Below are positions 47,077-56,980 of a DNA stretch of 64,000 nt, piece after piece. The position numbers and the translations under genes are program-made. Every line of letters starts with the position of its first letter. Positions within the stretch are counted from its first letter, which is position 1. Source of the DNA: Candidatus Omnitrophota bacterium (GTDB lineage Bacteria > Omnitrophota > Gorgyraeia > Duberdicusellales > 4484-171); contig JAQTOI010000001.1 in assembly GCA_028713415.1 (NCBI GenBank), positions 18,651-82,650 of the forward strand, given 5' to 3'. A model generated the notes under the pieces. The model made no database searches. It had not been told where the DNA came from and worked only from the letters and a program-made list of their open reading frames with translations.

Positions 47077-48204
47077 ATGAAAGTTGCCTTAGTCCACGAT
47101 TGGCTCACCGGAATGCGGGGCGGGGAGAAGGTCCTTGAAGTTCTCTGTGAACTTTTTCCCCAATCTCAAATCTTTACTCTATTGCATAAAAAGGGTACAC
47201 TTTCATCCACCATAGAGGGCATGCCCATAAAAACTTCATTTCTTCAGTTTTTTCCTTCAATAGAACAGAATTATAGAAATTATCTCCCGTTCTTCCCTTT
47301 GGCGATTGAAAGTTTCGATTTTAAAGGTTTCGATTTAATTATCAGTTCTTCCCATTGCGTGGCAAAAGCTGCCAAAGCGCCAAAAGGAGCAAAACATTTT
47401 TGTTATTGTCATGCGCCGATGCGTTACGTATGGAACTTTTTTGACCAATACTTCGGAGCTTATCCGGCTTGGAAAAAGGGATTTATCAAATTTATCTCAA
47501 AAGACCTTAGGCGTTGGGACAGGCGGACCGTAGCCCGGGTTGATGAATTTATCGCTAATTCAGAAACCGTTAGAAAGCGCATACGTGATATTTATAACCG
47601 CAAGGCTTCGGTTATCTACCCGCCGGTTGATGTCGAGCAGTTCACTATTGATACGAATGTTAAGCGCGGTGATTTTTATTTGTGCGTATCGGCCCTGGTG
47701 CCGTATAAACGTATTGGTATCGTAATTGACGCTTTTAACGAAATGCGAGATAAAAGACTGATCATTGTTGGGGACGGTAATTCGCGAAGTGAATTGGAAA
47801 AAAGAAAAATATCTGATAATATATCTTTTAAAGGCTGGGTCAAGCCCGAAGACTTGTTAAGCTTATACAGAAAAGCAAGAGCTTTCGTTTACGCGGCAGA
47901 AGAAGATTTTGGTATAGCTCCAGTGGAGGCGCAGGCTGCGGGTTTACCTGTTATTGCTTATGGAGCAGGCGGAGTATCTGAGACGGTAATTCCGCTAAAC
48001 GGAACTTATCGTCGAGATGCGCCCACGGGAGTGTTCTTCTTTGAACAAAAGCCAGAAGCCCTGATAGCTGCGATTGAAGAATTTGAACGAAGAGAGAAGG
48101 AGCTTTCTCCAATTCTTATGCGCCAGAATGCATTGCGGTTCTCAAGAGAAAGTTTCAAAAATAATATACGCGAATTTTTAGAAAAACGCGTTGGGAAAAT
48201 TTAA
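47077..48204 (+). CDS. GT4 family glycosyltransferase
   Basis: 375 aa. MKVALVHDWLTGMRGGEKVLEVL N-terminus. ...EDFGIAPVEAQAAGLPVIAYGAGG. Confidence 0.7.
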   Translation: MKVALVHDWLTGMRGGEKVLEVLCELFPQSQIFTLLHKKGTLSSTIEGMPIKTSFLQFFPSIEQNYRNYLPFFPLAIESFDFKGFDLIISSSHCVAKAAKAPKGAKHFCYCHAPMRYVWNFFDQYFGAYPAWKKGFIKFISKDLRRWDRRTVARVDEFIANSETVRKRIRDIYNRKASVIYPPVDVEQFTIDTNVKRGDFYLCVSALVPYKRIGIVIDAFNEMRDKRLIIVGDGNSRSELEKRKISDNISFKGWVKPEDLLSLYRKARAFVYAAEEDFGIAPVEAQAAGLPVIAYGAGGVSETVIPLNGTYRRDAPTGVFFFEQKPEALIAAIEEFERREKELSPILMRQNALRFSRESFKNNIREFLEKRVGKI

Positions 48205-49607
48205 TGATTAATAAATTGCGCAAAAAAAAGCTTAGCATACTATTTTCCGGCTTAACTATTACCAGCGATTTTGTTTGTGTCTTATGCGCGTTTATTCTCT
48301 CCTACTGGTTGCGTTTCTACTCTTCTCTCTTTGCTAATCCTATGGGCATACCATCGTATCGCCAATACACTTTTCCCATGTTGTTCGCTGCAGTGTTGTT
48401 AGTTATCATTTTTAATGCCGATGGTTTATATATATATACGCCTGCAAAAAAATTCATCGATTATTTCTTTAGGATTTTTAAAAATATCTGCATCGTCATG
48501 CTTTTTATTTTCGCAGGAACTTTCTTTTACCGCGAATTTACGTTTTCGCGCTTGCTCGTTATTATACTCTGGGCAACCATGGTAACTTTGTTGTCCTTTT
48601 CCCGCTATATCCTGCGCAAAATTTATATACAATATATTTTACCAAAGGTAAAGAAAAAGATACTGGTTATAGGCAACCCTCAGAATTTTGAAATGTTTAA
48701 TCAACACAAAATATATTTTCAATTCTACGGAACTATAGCCGGATTTATTTCTCATCGCAAAGCTCATTGCGCCGCTATAGACCAACAGCAGTATTTAGGT
48801 TCTCTTGATGATTTTGAGGGGATTTTGGATAAAATTAAACCCGACGAAGTGATACTTTCTACGCTTGAAATTCCCCGTAAAAAAATAATTGAACTGATTT
48901 TAGAGTCGGAGAAGCGCCTGATAAACTTTAAAATAGTGGCAGATCTCCTGGAGATTATGATACAACAGTTTGAACTTGAGAATATCGGTGGTTTAAATTT
49001 GCTTAAAATAAAAGAATCGCCCCTTAATTTCGCCTATAACCGGTTCCTAAAGCGTTTCGTGGATATTCTTGGTTCGTCGCTCGGCCTAATTATACTCTCG
49101 CCTTTTTTATTGATAATTTCACTGCTGGTAAAACTTTCCTCTTCCGGCGGAGTTTTTTTTGTGCAAGAACGAGTGAGCGAAGAGGGGAAGATTTTTAAAA
49201 TTTATAAGTTCAGGACTATGGTGCAGGACGCAGAAAGTGCAACCGGACCGGTTTTTGCCGCACGCGGCGATGAGCGCTGCACGAGGATTGGCTTGATTAT
49301 GCGCCGCTATAATATAGATGAACTGCCGCAGCTTATTAACGTGTTGCGCGGCGAGATGAGCCTGGTGGGGCCGCGGCCGGAGAGGCCGCATTTTGTCGAA
49401 CAGTTTAAGGATGATATCCCGCGTTACATGAGCCGCCATCACGTAAAATCAGGTATTACCGGCTGGGCGCAGGTAAACGGATTGCGCCAGGGTACGGCAA
49501 TCGGAGAAAGAATAAAATACGACCTTTATTATCTGGAGAATTGGTCTATATGGCTTGATATAAAAATTATCATTCTTTCTTTTGCGGCGTTAAAGAACGC
49601 TTATTGA
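48204..49607 (+). CDS. Polyprenyl-phosphate glycosyl-1-phosphate transferase (second WbaP/EpsB-like priming enzyme)
   Basis: 467 aa. Same architecture as 358-1770. ...LGLIILSPFLLIISLLVKLSSSGGVFFVQERVS..GK.FKIYKFRTM...DELPQLINVLRGEMSLVGPRPERP. Confidence 0.8.
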   Translation: MINKLRKKKLSILFSGLTITSDFVCVLCAFILSYWLRFYSSLFANPMGIPSYRQYTFPMLFAAVLLVIIFNADGLYIYTPAKKFIDYFFRIFKNICIVMLFIFAGTFFYREFTFSRLLVIILWATMVTLLSFSRYILRKIYIQYILPKVKKKILVIGNPQNFEMFNQHKIYFQFYGTIAGFISHRKAHCAAIDQQQYLGSLDDFEGILDKIKPDEVILSTLEIPRKKIIELILESEKRLINFKIVADLLEIMIQQFELENIGGLNLLKIKESPLNFAYNRFLKRFVDILGSSLGLIILSPFLLIISLLVKLSSSGGVFFVQERVSEEGKIFKIYKFRTMVQDAESATGPVFAARGDERCTRIGLIMRRYNIDELPQLINVLRGEMSLVGPRPERPHFVEQFKDDIPRYMSRHHVKSGITGWAQVNGLRQGTAIGERIKYDLYYLENWSIWLDIKIIILSFAALKNAY

Positions 49608-49680
49608 AACCGCGAAGCCGCAAAAGCACCGCAAAAGCGCAAAAGGATATAAGGGGCGACCTCGCAGAAGGCGCAAAAAA

Positions 49681-50370
49681 ATGAAGCTTTCAGTATTAAT
49701 ACCTATCTATAATGAGATAGCTACATTAACTGCAATTATTGAGAAAATTTCATCAGTTGACCTAGAGAAGGAACTTATTATTGTTGATGATTGTTCAACT
49801 GATGGCTCACGCGAGCTTCTCCTTAAGACCTATGCTAATCGCAAGGATGTAAGAATTATTTGCCATCAGCAGAATTTGGGCAAAGGCGCGGCCGTAAGAG
49901 AAGCTCTTCAGTATGCACAAGGTGAATATACGATTATTCAGGATGCCGATTTAGAGTATGACCCTAAAGATTACCTATTGCTTCTTGAAGCAGCCCAAAA
50001 TTATAATACGGGAGTAATTTACGGGTCGCGGTTTAAATCAACCTGGCGCGCTACTTCGCTGTGGCATTTTATAGTTAATAAGCTTTTGACAGAAGCAACT
50101 AATTTACTCTTTGGCTCCAGGCTTACAGATATGGAGACATGTTACAAAATAATACGCACTGATATTTTTAAAAGCTTACAGCTTGAATCCCGGCATTTTG
50201 AAATTGAGCCGGAGATAACAGCTAAACTTCTCAAAAAAGGCCATACGATTATTGAAATCCCGATTTCTTATAAAGGCAGATCATACCATGAGGGTAAAAA
50301 AATCTCATGGGTTGATGGGCTTATTACGCTTTGGGTTTTGCTTAAATCTAAATTTTCCGTGAATAATTAA
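49681..50370 (+). CDS. GT2 polyprenyl-phosphate sugar synthase (DPM1-like)
   Basis: 229 aa. LSVLIPIYNEIATL...LIIVDDCSTDGS...IIQDADLEYDP. Confidence 0.7.
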   Translation: MKLSVLIPIYNEIATLTAIIEKISSVDLEKELIIVDDCSTDGSRELLLKTYANRKDVRIICHQQNLGKGAAVREALQYAQGEYTIIQDADLEYDPKDYLLLLEAAQNYNTGVIYGSRFKSTWRATSLWHFIVNKLLTEATNLLFGSRLTDMETCYKIIRTDIFKSLQLESRHFEIEPEITAKLLKKGHTIIEIPISYKGRSYHEGKKISWVDGLITLWVLLKSKFSVNN

Positions 50371-50378
50371 TTTTTAAA

Positions 50379-51689
50379 ATGTTAACAAGAAAAGATCCTT
50401 CGGCCTTACCCCCTCAGGATGACCCTTCACTAATCGGAAAGGCTCTGCGAGTGGTCAATTACCTAACCGAATTTTTTTTATATCTCTTGGCTTTTGGCGT
50501 TACCTTTGCCAATTCAGTGGTTGAGGTTGGTGCCGGTTTCATTATCTTTTGCTTCATATTAAAGCGCATTATATTGAAAGATTTCAAATTTAAAGCGCGA
50601 CCTACTGTTTTTGCGTTGTTTCTTTATTTTGCGTGGCTTTTATGCTCGCTTTTCTACAGTGATTACCGCCAGGATAGCTTTGAGCGAATCTTGCGTTGGC
50701 TGCGTTACATATTTGTTTTTTTAGCGCTAGTTGATTATTTTGTTGAGGATGAAAAAAGAATCAAACGTTTTTTCTGGGCCTTCATTTCCATCGCAGTTTT
50801 TACGTTTATTAACGGTATTTTTCAGGAATTAACTGGTTTTTCAATATTGCGCCACGACCGTACGGTAAATCCCTTGGATATTATGCATAGAATCAGCGCT
50901 TCATTTGTCCATCCCAATGATTTCGGGGCTTACATAATTACAGCTCTTCCTTTGACATTTGTATTTATGTTGCGTTCTTTAAAAAATTGGCAAAGAGCGC
51001 TATTGATTGCGGCTTGCATCCTTGGGTTTTACTGCCTCCTTAAAACATCATCGCGTGGCGCCTGGGTGGGTTTCTTTGTGGGTATAGTTATATTTGCTTC
51101 CTTCTATAACAAAAAAATTACGATCGCTATACCGATTGCACTTATTTTGGTTCTTTTGTTTGTTCCTGGTGTACGCAGCCGCGCAATGAGCTTATTTTCC
51201 CCTGAACACAATACTGTTTGGGAAAGAACTCAACTTTGGCAGGGGACTATAGCCATGATAAAAGAACATCCCATAAAAGGTTTCGGCCTTAATACTTATT
51301 CTAAATACTTCCCAATTTACAAACCGGCTGATTATCCTGATCTGCGCTATGCGCATAATTGCTTCTTGCAAATGTGGGCTGAAATAGGCTTGGTGGGTTT
51401 GCTTATTTTTATTGGTATTATCGGGACAGTTTTCATTACGGTCATAAGGGGCTTGAACAAAAAGAAAAATAAAGGCTTTGAAGGTTTACTTATAACCGCT
51501 TCTCTGGCCGGTTATACCGCGTATCTTGTGCAAAGCGCTTTAGACACCAATCTTTACTCGCTTGCGCTTACGTTTCATTTCTGGGTCCTGACCGCCTATC
51601 TTATTTCCGTGAATAAAATTCTTGAGGAAGATTTTTCGGATGAGCCCTCGCTAATCAAGAAATCTCAAGGAGGTCGATTACATGCCTAA
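50379..51689 (+). CDS. O-antigen ligase / polymerase family membrane protein (Wzy_C), second copy
   Basis: 436 aa. LLKTSSRGAWVGF and ...YAHNCFLQMWAEIGLVGL, the same signature blocks as 1775-2965. Confidence 0.7.
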   Translation: MLTRKDPSALPPQDDPSLIGKALRVVNYLTEFFLYLLAFGVTFANSVVEVGAGFIIFCFILKRIILKDFKFKARPTVFALFLYFAWLLCSLFYSDYRQDSFERILRWLRYIFVFLALVDYFVEDEKRIKRFFWAFISIAVFTFINGIFQELTGFSILRHDRTVNPLDIMHRISASFVHPNDFGAYIITALPLTFVFMLRSLKNWQRALLIAACILGFYCLLKTSSRGAWVGFFVGIVIFASFYNKKITIAIPIALILVLLFVPGVRSRAMSLFSPEHNTVWERTQLWQGTIAMIKEHPIKGFGLNTYSKYFPIYKPADYPDLRYAHNCFLQMWAEIGLVGLLIFIGIIGTVFITVIRGLNKKKNKGFEGLLITASLAGYTAYLVQSALDTNLYSLALTFHFWVLTAYLISVNKILEEDFSDEPSLIKKSQGGRLHA

Positions 51690-52473
51690 AGGCTACACTA
51701 TATCAGCGGTCATCTTGAGCCTGAACTCTGAGAAGAAGATTCCAGCTTGCCTTGAGTCTCTTGTGGGTTGGGCCGATGAGATTATTGTGGTTGACGGAGA
51801 AAGTAAGGATAGAACTGGCGCGATTGCATCAAAATACGGGGCAAAATTTTATTCGCATGAATTTCTGGGAGAATTTTCCAAGGAGAGAAATTTCGGTATA
51901 GAGCGCGCCACTAAAGAGTGGGTTTTGCAATTGGACAGCGATGAAGTGGTAAGTGCAGGTTTTAAAGAAGCCTGTAACCGGATTTTACCTTCGACTGACT
52001 GCGCCGCTTTTAAATTTTTGCGCAAGAACTGCTTCCTGGGGCATTTTTTCACTTATGGAGGCTGGTATCACCATTCTCAGCACCTGCTCAAAAAAGGGTT
52101 GGCTCATTATGAGGGTAGGGTCCATGAGCGCATGATTGTTAACGGTAAGGTTGGCCAGTTGCCGGCCGATATTTTGCATTTCCCTTTTGATAGCATAAGC
52201 GAATTTATTGAGCGCCAAAACCGCTACACTGATTTGCAAGCGCAGGATATTATTGACGAAGAAGTCACGCTCGATATAAAGAAAATTAAATACAACATTA
52301 CCTGGAAACCCTTAAAACTGTTCAAAAAAATGTATTGGAGCAAGAAAGGTTACAAAGAAGGGATGCATGGCTTAATATTTTCTATTCTTTTTAGCTATGT
52401 TCATTTTTTAAAGTGGGCCAAGGTTTGGGAAAGGATTGGAGGTAAGAAAGGTGACACTGAGTCTAAAACATAA
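51682..52473 (+). CDS. GT2 family glycosyltransferase (LPS-core-type GT2)
   Basis: 263 aa. ISAVILSLNSEKKI...IIVVDGESKDRT...LDSDEVV. Confidence 0.65.
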   Translation: MPKGYTISAVILSLNSEKKIPACLESLVGWADEIIVVDGESKDRTGAIASKYGAKFYSHEFLGEFSKERNFGIERATKEWVLQLDSDEVVSAGFKEACNRILPSTDCAAFKFLRKNCFLGHFFTYGGWYHHSQHLLKKGLAHYEGRVHERMIVNGKVGQLPADILHFPFDSISEFIERQNRYTDLQAQDIIDEEVTLDIKKIKYNITWKPLKLFKKMYWSKKGYKEGMHGLIFSILFSYVHFLKWAKVWERIGGKKGDTESKT

Positions 52474-53203
52474 CGAGATAGAAGATTTTTATTTTAACGG
52501 GCAGCTTCCTTACGCCAACAGGTTATTCTTTATTCAGCATCTGGCGCCCTATGTATTTTTTAATCCTACATGCCGCAACAAAAAAATTTTAGAGATAGGT
52601 ATAGGAGATGGGTTCGGCACGTATTATCTATCAAAAGGCGCTGATTCAATGGTTGGCTTAGACATGGACATAGAGAGTTGCCGTTCGCTTAGTAAATATG
52701 CCCTAAGGCGCGGCGCAACCGCCTTAAGAAGCGTCAACGCTAACGCTTTGGCGCTACCCTTTAAAGACCGTTCGTTCGATCACGCGATAACATGTCAGGT
52801 TATAGAGCATATCCAAGAGGACAATCTTTCTTTATTCTTAAAAGAGATATATAGGGTTCTTGTGCCTGGCGGGAGCTGCCTTATTGTTACCTTAAACGTA
52901 GAAAACAATATAAAAAATCCAAAAACATACGAAAAATTTTATCAGCACCATAAAGAGTTCAATAAGAAAGAGCTTGGCGCTTTGCTGCGCACAGTGTTTT
53001 CTAATACAGAAATATTCGGATTAGAAGTGACTATTAAGCATAGATTTTTTCGAAGGCTGAAAAAATGGGGACTGAATAATTATCGTCTGGGTGGCCTTAA
53101 TCCGGTAGCGGGTTTTTATCGCAATATATTGCCTCGTGATTTTTTTATTTCACGCAGAGTAACGAAGCATTCGCTTGATTTAATCGGATTATGCCGGAAG
53201 TAG
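52436..53203 (+). CDS. Class I SAM-dependent methyltransferase
   Basis: ORF-track start is a TTG. GTG at 52450 preceded by GGAGG is the more plausible start. ILEIGIGDGFGTYYL...VIEHI. Confidence 0.65.
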   Translation: MEVRKVTLSLKHNEIEDFYFNGQLPYANRLFFIQHLAPYVFFNPTCRNKKILEIGIGDGFGTYYLSKGADSMVGLDMDIESCRSLSKYALRRGATALRSVNANALALPFKDRSFDHAITCQVIEHIQEDNLSLFLKEIYRVLVPGGSCLIVTLNVENNIKNPKTYEKFYQHHKEFNKKELGALLRTVFSNTEIFGLEVTIKHRFFRRLKKWGLNNYRLGGLNPVAGFYRNILPRDFFISRRVTKHSLDLIGLCRK

Positions 53204-53274
53204 AGCCCCGGCATTAAATACTTATCGCGCGAATCTTCAGCGTAACATAAAATATAATAGTAAGTTAAACCTGC

Positions 53275-54237
53275 ATGCACAAAATGATGCGTAATATTGT
53301 TTTTATCCGTTCTGATAGATTGGGGGAATTTTTGCTTAGCCTTTATGCCCTTAAGCTGGTACGGATTAATCAGCCGCAGGCGCGAGTTCATCTTATTGCG
53401 CAGAAAGAAAATCTTGAGTTAATCCGCGGCATTGATTGTGTGGATAATTACGTTGAATACAATGAGCGTATTTTTAGCGGCTTTTCAGGCGCATTTCGGC
53501 TGGCCGCAATGATAAGGAAAACTGCATGTGATTGCGTTATTGTTCTTAACCCTAAAAAAGAGTTTCATCTGGCAGCATGGCTTTCGGGTTCACCAATACG
53601 CGCAGGCTACAGGAGAAAATGGGGTTTTTGTTTAAACAAAAAGATAGAAGACCTTAAATTCCAGGGAGTAAAACATGAGATAGAATATAATCTTGACTTG
53701 ATAAAACCTATCTGCGAGAAATTTTTTATCCCTGAAGTTAACTTAAGCGTCGATTCTCAAGGCTCGCTTGAATTTTTAAAGCCCACTTTTAACCTTGATA
53801 AAAAATATGTAGTTATCCATCCTTTTACTTCGCATGGCCAGAAAAAAATAGTAAATGATTTTTGGCTAAAGCTTATAAATGCGCTTACTGCCTGTGGCAT
53901 AACCGACATAGCGCTGGTAGGAGGAGCTAATGAGGTGCAGGAAAGCAGGGAATTTGAAGGCATCACGAAAGTAAAAAACTTTGTAGGAAAACTTTCCTTA
54001 CGTAATCTGGCGGCCTTTTTAAAATATAACTGTTTTGCTTTTATCGGCCTTGATTCAGGCCCCATGCACCTGGCGAGCATCTTAGAAATTCCAACAGTAG
54101 GGTTATTCAGGGCGTCTTCTTCCAGACGCTGGGGGCCTTATCAAAAAGGCTCCTTGGTAATCGAAGGCGCAGATATAAATACTTTTATCGCAAAAATAGA
54201 AAATATTGTTTCTTTTGTGAAGAAAAATAAAAAATAA
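53275..54237 (+). CDS. Glycosyltransferase family 9 (ADP-heptose:LPS heptosyltransferase-like)
   Basis: 320 aa. NIVFIRSDRLGEFLLSLYALKLVR N-terminus and ...GLDSGPMHLASIL are typical of GT9 (RfaF/WaaC/WaaQ family). Confidence 0.7.
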   Translation: MHKMMRNIVFIRSDRLGEFLLSLYALKLVRINQPQARVHLIAQKENLELIRGIDCVDNYVEYNERIFSGFSGAFRLAAMIRKTACDCVIVLNPKKEFHLAAWLSGSPIRAGYRRKWGFCLNKKIEDLKFQGVKHEIEYNLDLIKPICEKFFIPEVNLSVDSQGSLEFLKPTFNLDKKYVVIHPFTSHGQKKIVNDFWLKLINALTACGITDIALVGGANEVQESREFEGITKVKNFVGKLSLRNLAAFLKYNCFAFIGLDSGPMHLASILEIPTVGLFRASSSRRWGPYQKGSLVIEGADINTFIAKIENIVSFVKKNKK

Positions 54238-54242
54238 ATCTC

Positions 54243-55469
54243 ATGAAATTAAAAAAGAGGCATTTCATAGCCCTTATTTTCATTCCTATGTTTTTCGGGT
54301 TATTTTTCAGCTACCTTCATAGGGCGCCAAAAAGGAATTATTCCGATTTCAGAGTATATTACGCGACCGCGCAGCGCTTCGTAGCTCATGAGGATATCTA
54401 CAGCCGGCCAGATGAAGCGATTACCCCCTTTAAATATTCTCCCACCTTTGCCATGCTTATGGCGCCATTGGCGTTAGTCCCGCAAAAAAACGCAAGCCTT
54501 ATTTTCTTTACCTTTAATTTTGTTGCCATGCTTTGCGTTTTTGCCTTCTGCAAAAAAATTATTGTGCAGGATAAAACTTCTTATGGTGAGAATATTTTGC
54601 TCTATGGTGCCTGCGGTCTTTTTAGCTCCAGGTTTCTTCTACAAGTGTTAAACTCCGGACAGGTGACAATCTTTATGTTCGCCTTAATCGTTGCAGGGCT
54701 TTATCTGTTTGAGAAGAGAAAAGAGGCGCTCTCAGGCGCCATGCTTGCCTTATCTGTCATGATTAAATATACTTCAGCACTTTTTTTACCGTATTTTATT
54801 TTCAGGAAAAAAAGACAAGTTGCGTTTCTAATCATGATATTCGTAGCATTCTATTGCCTGCTCCCGGCTCTTTACGTAGGCCTAGAAAAAGAAGCGAATT
54901 ACCTTAAAAAATGGCTCCCTTTTATCAGTGACACTTCGCTGGATTCGGGCTCTTTGTATGACTATAAGAATCAATCTTTTTTTTCGCTTATTTTGCGCTA
55001 TTTTACCAAGGATTCTCCATATCAGGTTTCAATTCTTCATTTAAGTTTTAACCAGGGGCTAGCTTTTGCATTTGTTTTGGGTTTGGCCATATATGTCATG
55101 ATACTTTATCGTAAAGGCGAAAGCAAATTTTACCGCTCCCTGGATTATTCGCTGCTCTTTATAGCCATGGCGTTTTTTAACCCCAACGCCTGGATGACTA
55201 ATTTTATTTTTTTGATCCCGGCCTACATGTTTTTACTTTATTATTTAATACGAGTACGCTTCAAAGATATACTTACAATTATTCTTGTGGCGCTTTCCTT
55301 TGCGCTGGCTAGCTGGGGGAGCGAGTCAATTGTCGGAAATGATATAGAGAATCTGCTGGAAGTGCTATCTTGCGTAACTATATCAGGGCTACTTTTGATG
55401 GCAGCATTGTTTAGATTAAAATTTGATAAAAAATTGCGCGGATTTAATAACGATTACGCTGATTTTTAG
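54243..55469 (+). CDS. Polytopic membrane protein, possible GT87/DUF2029-like mannosyltransferase-type GT-C
   Basis: 408 aa, about 10-12 TM helices. Assignment by overall architecture and context only. Confidence 0.3.
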   Translation: MKLKKRHFIALIFIPMFFGLFFSYLHRAPKRNYSDFRVYYATAQRFVAHEDIYSRPDEAITPFKYSPTFAMLMAPLALVPQKNASLIFFTFNFVAMLCVFAFCKKIIVQDKTSYGENILLYGACGLFSSRFLLQVLNSGQVTIFMFALIVAGLYLFEKRKEALSGAMLALSVMIKYTSALFLPYFIFRKKRQVAFLIMIFVAFYCLLPALYVGLEKEANYLKKWLPFISDTSLDSGSLYDYKNQSFFSLILRYFTKDSPYQVSILHLSFNQGLAFAFVLGLAIYVMILYRKGESKFYRSLDYSLLFIAMAFFNPNAWMTNFIFLIPAYMFLLYYLIRVRFKDILTIILVALSFALASWGSESIVGNDIENLLEVLSCVTISGLLLMAALFRLKFDKKLRGFNNDYADF

Positions 55470-55499
55470 TATTTAATAGCTTGAATCCGCCAATGCGTT

Positions 55500-55597
55500 A
55501 CGGATGCAAACAGATGCTTGCGGATGCCGCGGATACATTAATCCGTCTGGATTCGTAATAATCCCTGCCTTGCCGGTAGGCAGGCGTATGCATCCGT
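55500..55597. repeat. Highly structured intergenic element (nested inverted repeats), candidate ncRNA, REP-like element or terminator
   Basis: Outer inverted repeat ACGGATGCA (55500-55508) / TGCATCCGT (55589-55597). Inner hairpin CCTGCC-ttgccggta-GGCAGG (55564-55584). Additional CGGAT/ATCCG dyads. Confidence 0.4.
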
Positions 55598-55642
55598 TGA
55601 TAATGTTACTCAATCGGCTAAGTATTTACAATTTTTAAAACA

Positions 55643-56980
55643 ATGGATAATATTTTTGGGTTAAAAACGGAAAAAGTATATACGATTTTAGAGCTCAATA
55701 ATACTGTGCGCCAGCTGATACGGCAGGAATTTCCAAACTATGTTTGGGTCTGCGGAGAAATTCAGGATTTACGCGACAGAGGCGCAATCAACCTAAACCT
55801 GGTGCAGAAACACCATGAGTTTGATGAAATCGTTGCGCAGGTTAAGGCGGTTATTTTTGAGAACGTAAAACCACAGATTACAAAACGCATCAGGGAATCA
55901 GATTCGGCGTTTGATTTAAAAAAAGACATCGAGGTTAAGCTTTTGTGCAAAGTTGACCTCTACTCAAAAACCGGAAGTTTCAGCTTAACTGTAGTTGATA
56001 TAGATCCTATATATACCCTTGGTAAAATGGCGCAAAGCCGGCAAAGAATAATCGAAGAGTTGCGCGCTAAGGGCTACCTTGAGCGCAACAAATTATTGCC
56101 TATGCCACGGTTACCCTTACGTATCGGCCTTATTACTGCAGTTGATTCCGCGGCATATCACGATTTTATGGATGAGCTCAAAAAAAGCAGTTATGGTTTT
56201 TGTGTTTTAGTTTATGAGAGCTTCATGCAGGGAAAATTTACGCAAGCAAGCGTCCTTTCTGCGCTTAACTTTTTTAACTCCAAATGCGCGCAAGAAGTGG
56301 ATGCTATTGTCATCAGCCGAGGAGGAGGCTCCAGCGCGGATTTAAGTTATTTTGACGATAAAAAAATTGCGCAGGCGGTTGCACTCTCGAATTTGCCGGT
56401 TATATCAGCCTTAGGGCATCAGATAAACATCACTATTACCGATTTGGTGGCGCACACAACAGTAAAAACCCCCACCAAAGCTGCCCAGTTGCTTATTGAG
56501 AGGGTCAAGGATTTTCTCGATGAGTTAAATAGGCTGGGCACCGGAATATTTCAAACAGCGCAAAATTATCTAAGCAGCGAAAAAAGAGCCCTTGAAACTA
56601 ACGCAATTAAAATGGATTCCGCAGTACAGCGCTTTTTTAGGGTGCATAAAGATGAGTTGCTTACTAAAGAACGCGATGCTATGAATAATGTCAGGAGTTT
56701 TATAAATTCCAAGAGCAAGGACTTAATTAATAGCGCGCATCTCTTGCGGCACAGTGATAAACTTTTAAAAAGCTGCCGCACCGCGGTGAATACTATAGAA
56801 GAAAAAATCAGCCTACTTGACCCCAAGAATGTCCTTAAAAGGGGCTACTCTGTAACCTTCAAAGAAGGGCGCGCTCTAAAGTCTATTGACAATATAGAGG
56901 AGGGTGATATTATTAAAACCCTTCTTTATTATGGGAATATTGATTCTAAAGTGCTGGACAAAAAGAGGGAAGATCTATGA
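55643..56980 (+). CDS. xseA: Exodeoxyribonuclease VII large subunit
   Basis: 445 aa. ...ILELNNTVRQLIRQEFPNYVWVCGEIQDLRDRGA (OB-fold N-terminus). ...ISRGGGSSADLSYFDDKKIAQAV...PVISALGHQ. Confidence 0.8.
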   Translation: MDNIFGLKTEKVYTILELNNTVRQLIRQEFPNYVWVCGEIQDLRDRGAINLNLVQKHHEFDEIVAQVKAVIFENVKPQITKRIRESDSAFDLKKDIEVKLLCKVDLYSKTGSFSLTVVDIDPIYTLGKMAQSRQRIIEELRAKGYLERNKLLPMPRLPLRIGLITAVDSAAYHDFMDELKKSSYGFCVLVYESFMQGKFTQASVLSALNFFNSKCAQEVDAIVISRGGGSSADLSYFDDKKIAQAVALSNLPVISALGHQINITITDLVAHTTVKTPTKAAQLLIERVKDFLDELNRLGTGIFQTAQNYLSSEKRALETNAIKMDSAVQRFFRVHKDELLTKERDAMNNVRSFINSKSKDLINSAHLLRHSDKLLKSCRTAVNTIEEKISLLDPKNVLKRGYSVTFKEGRALKSIDNIEEGDIIKTLLYYGNIDSKVLDKKREDL

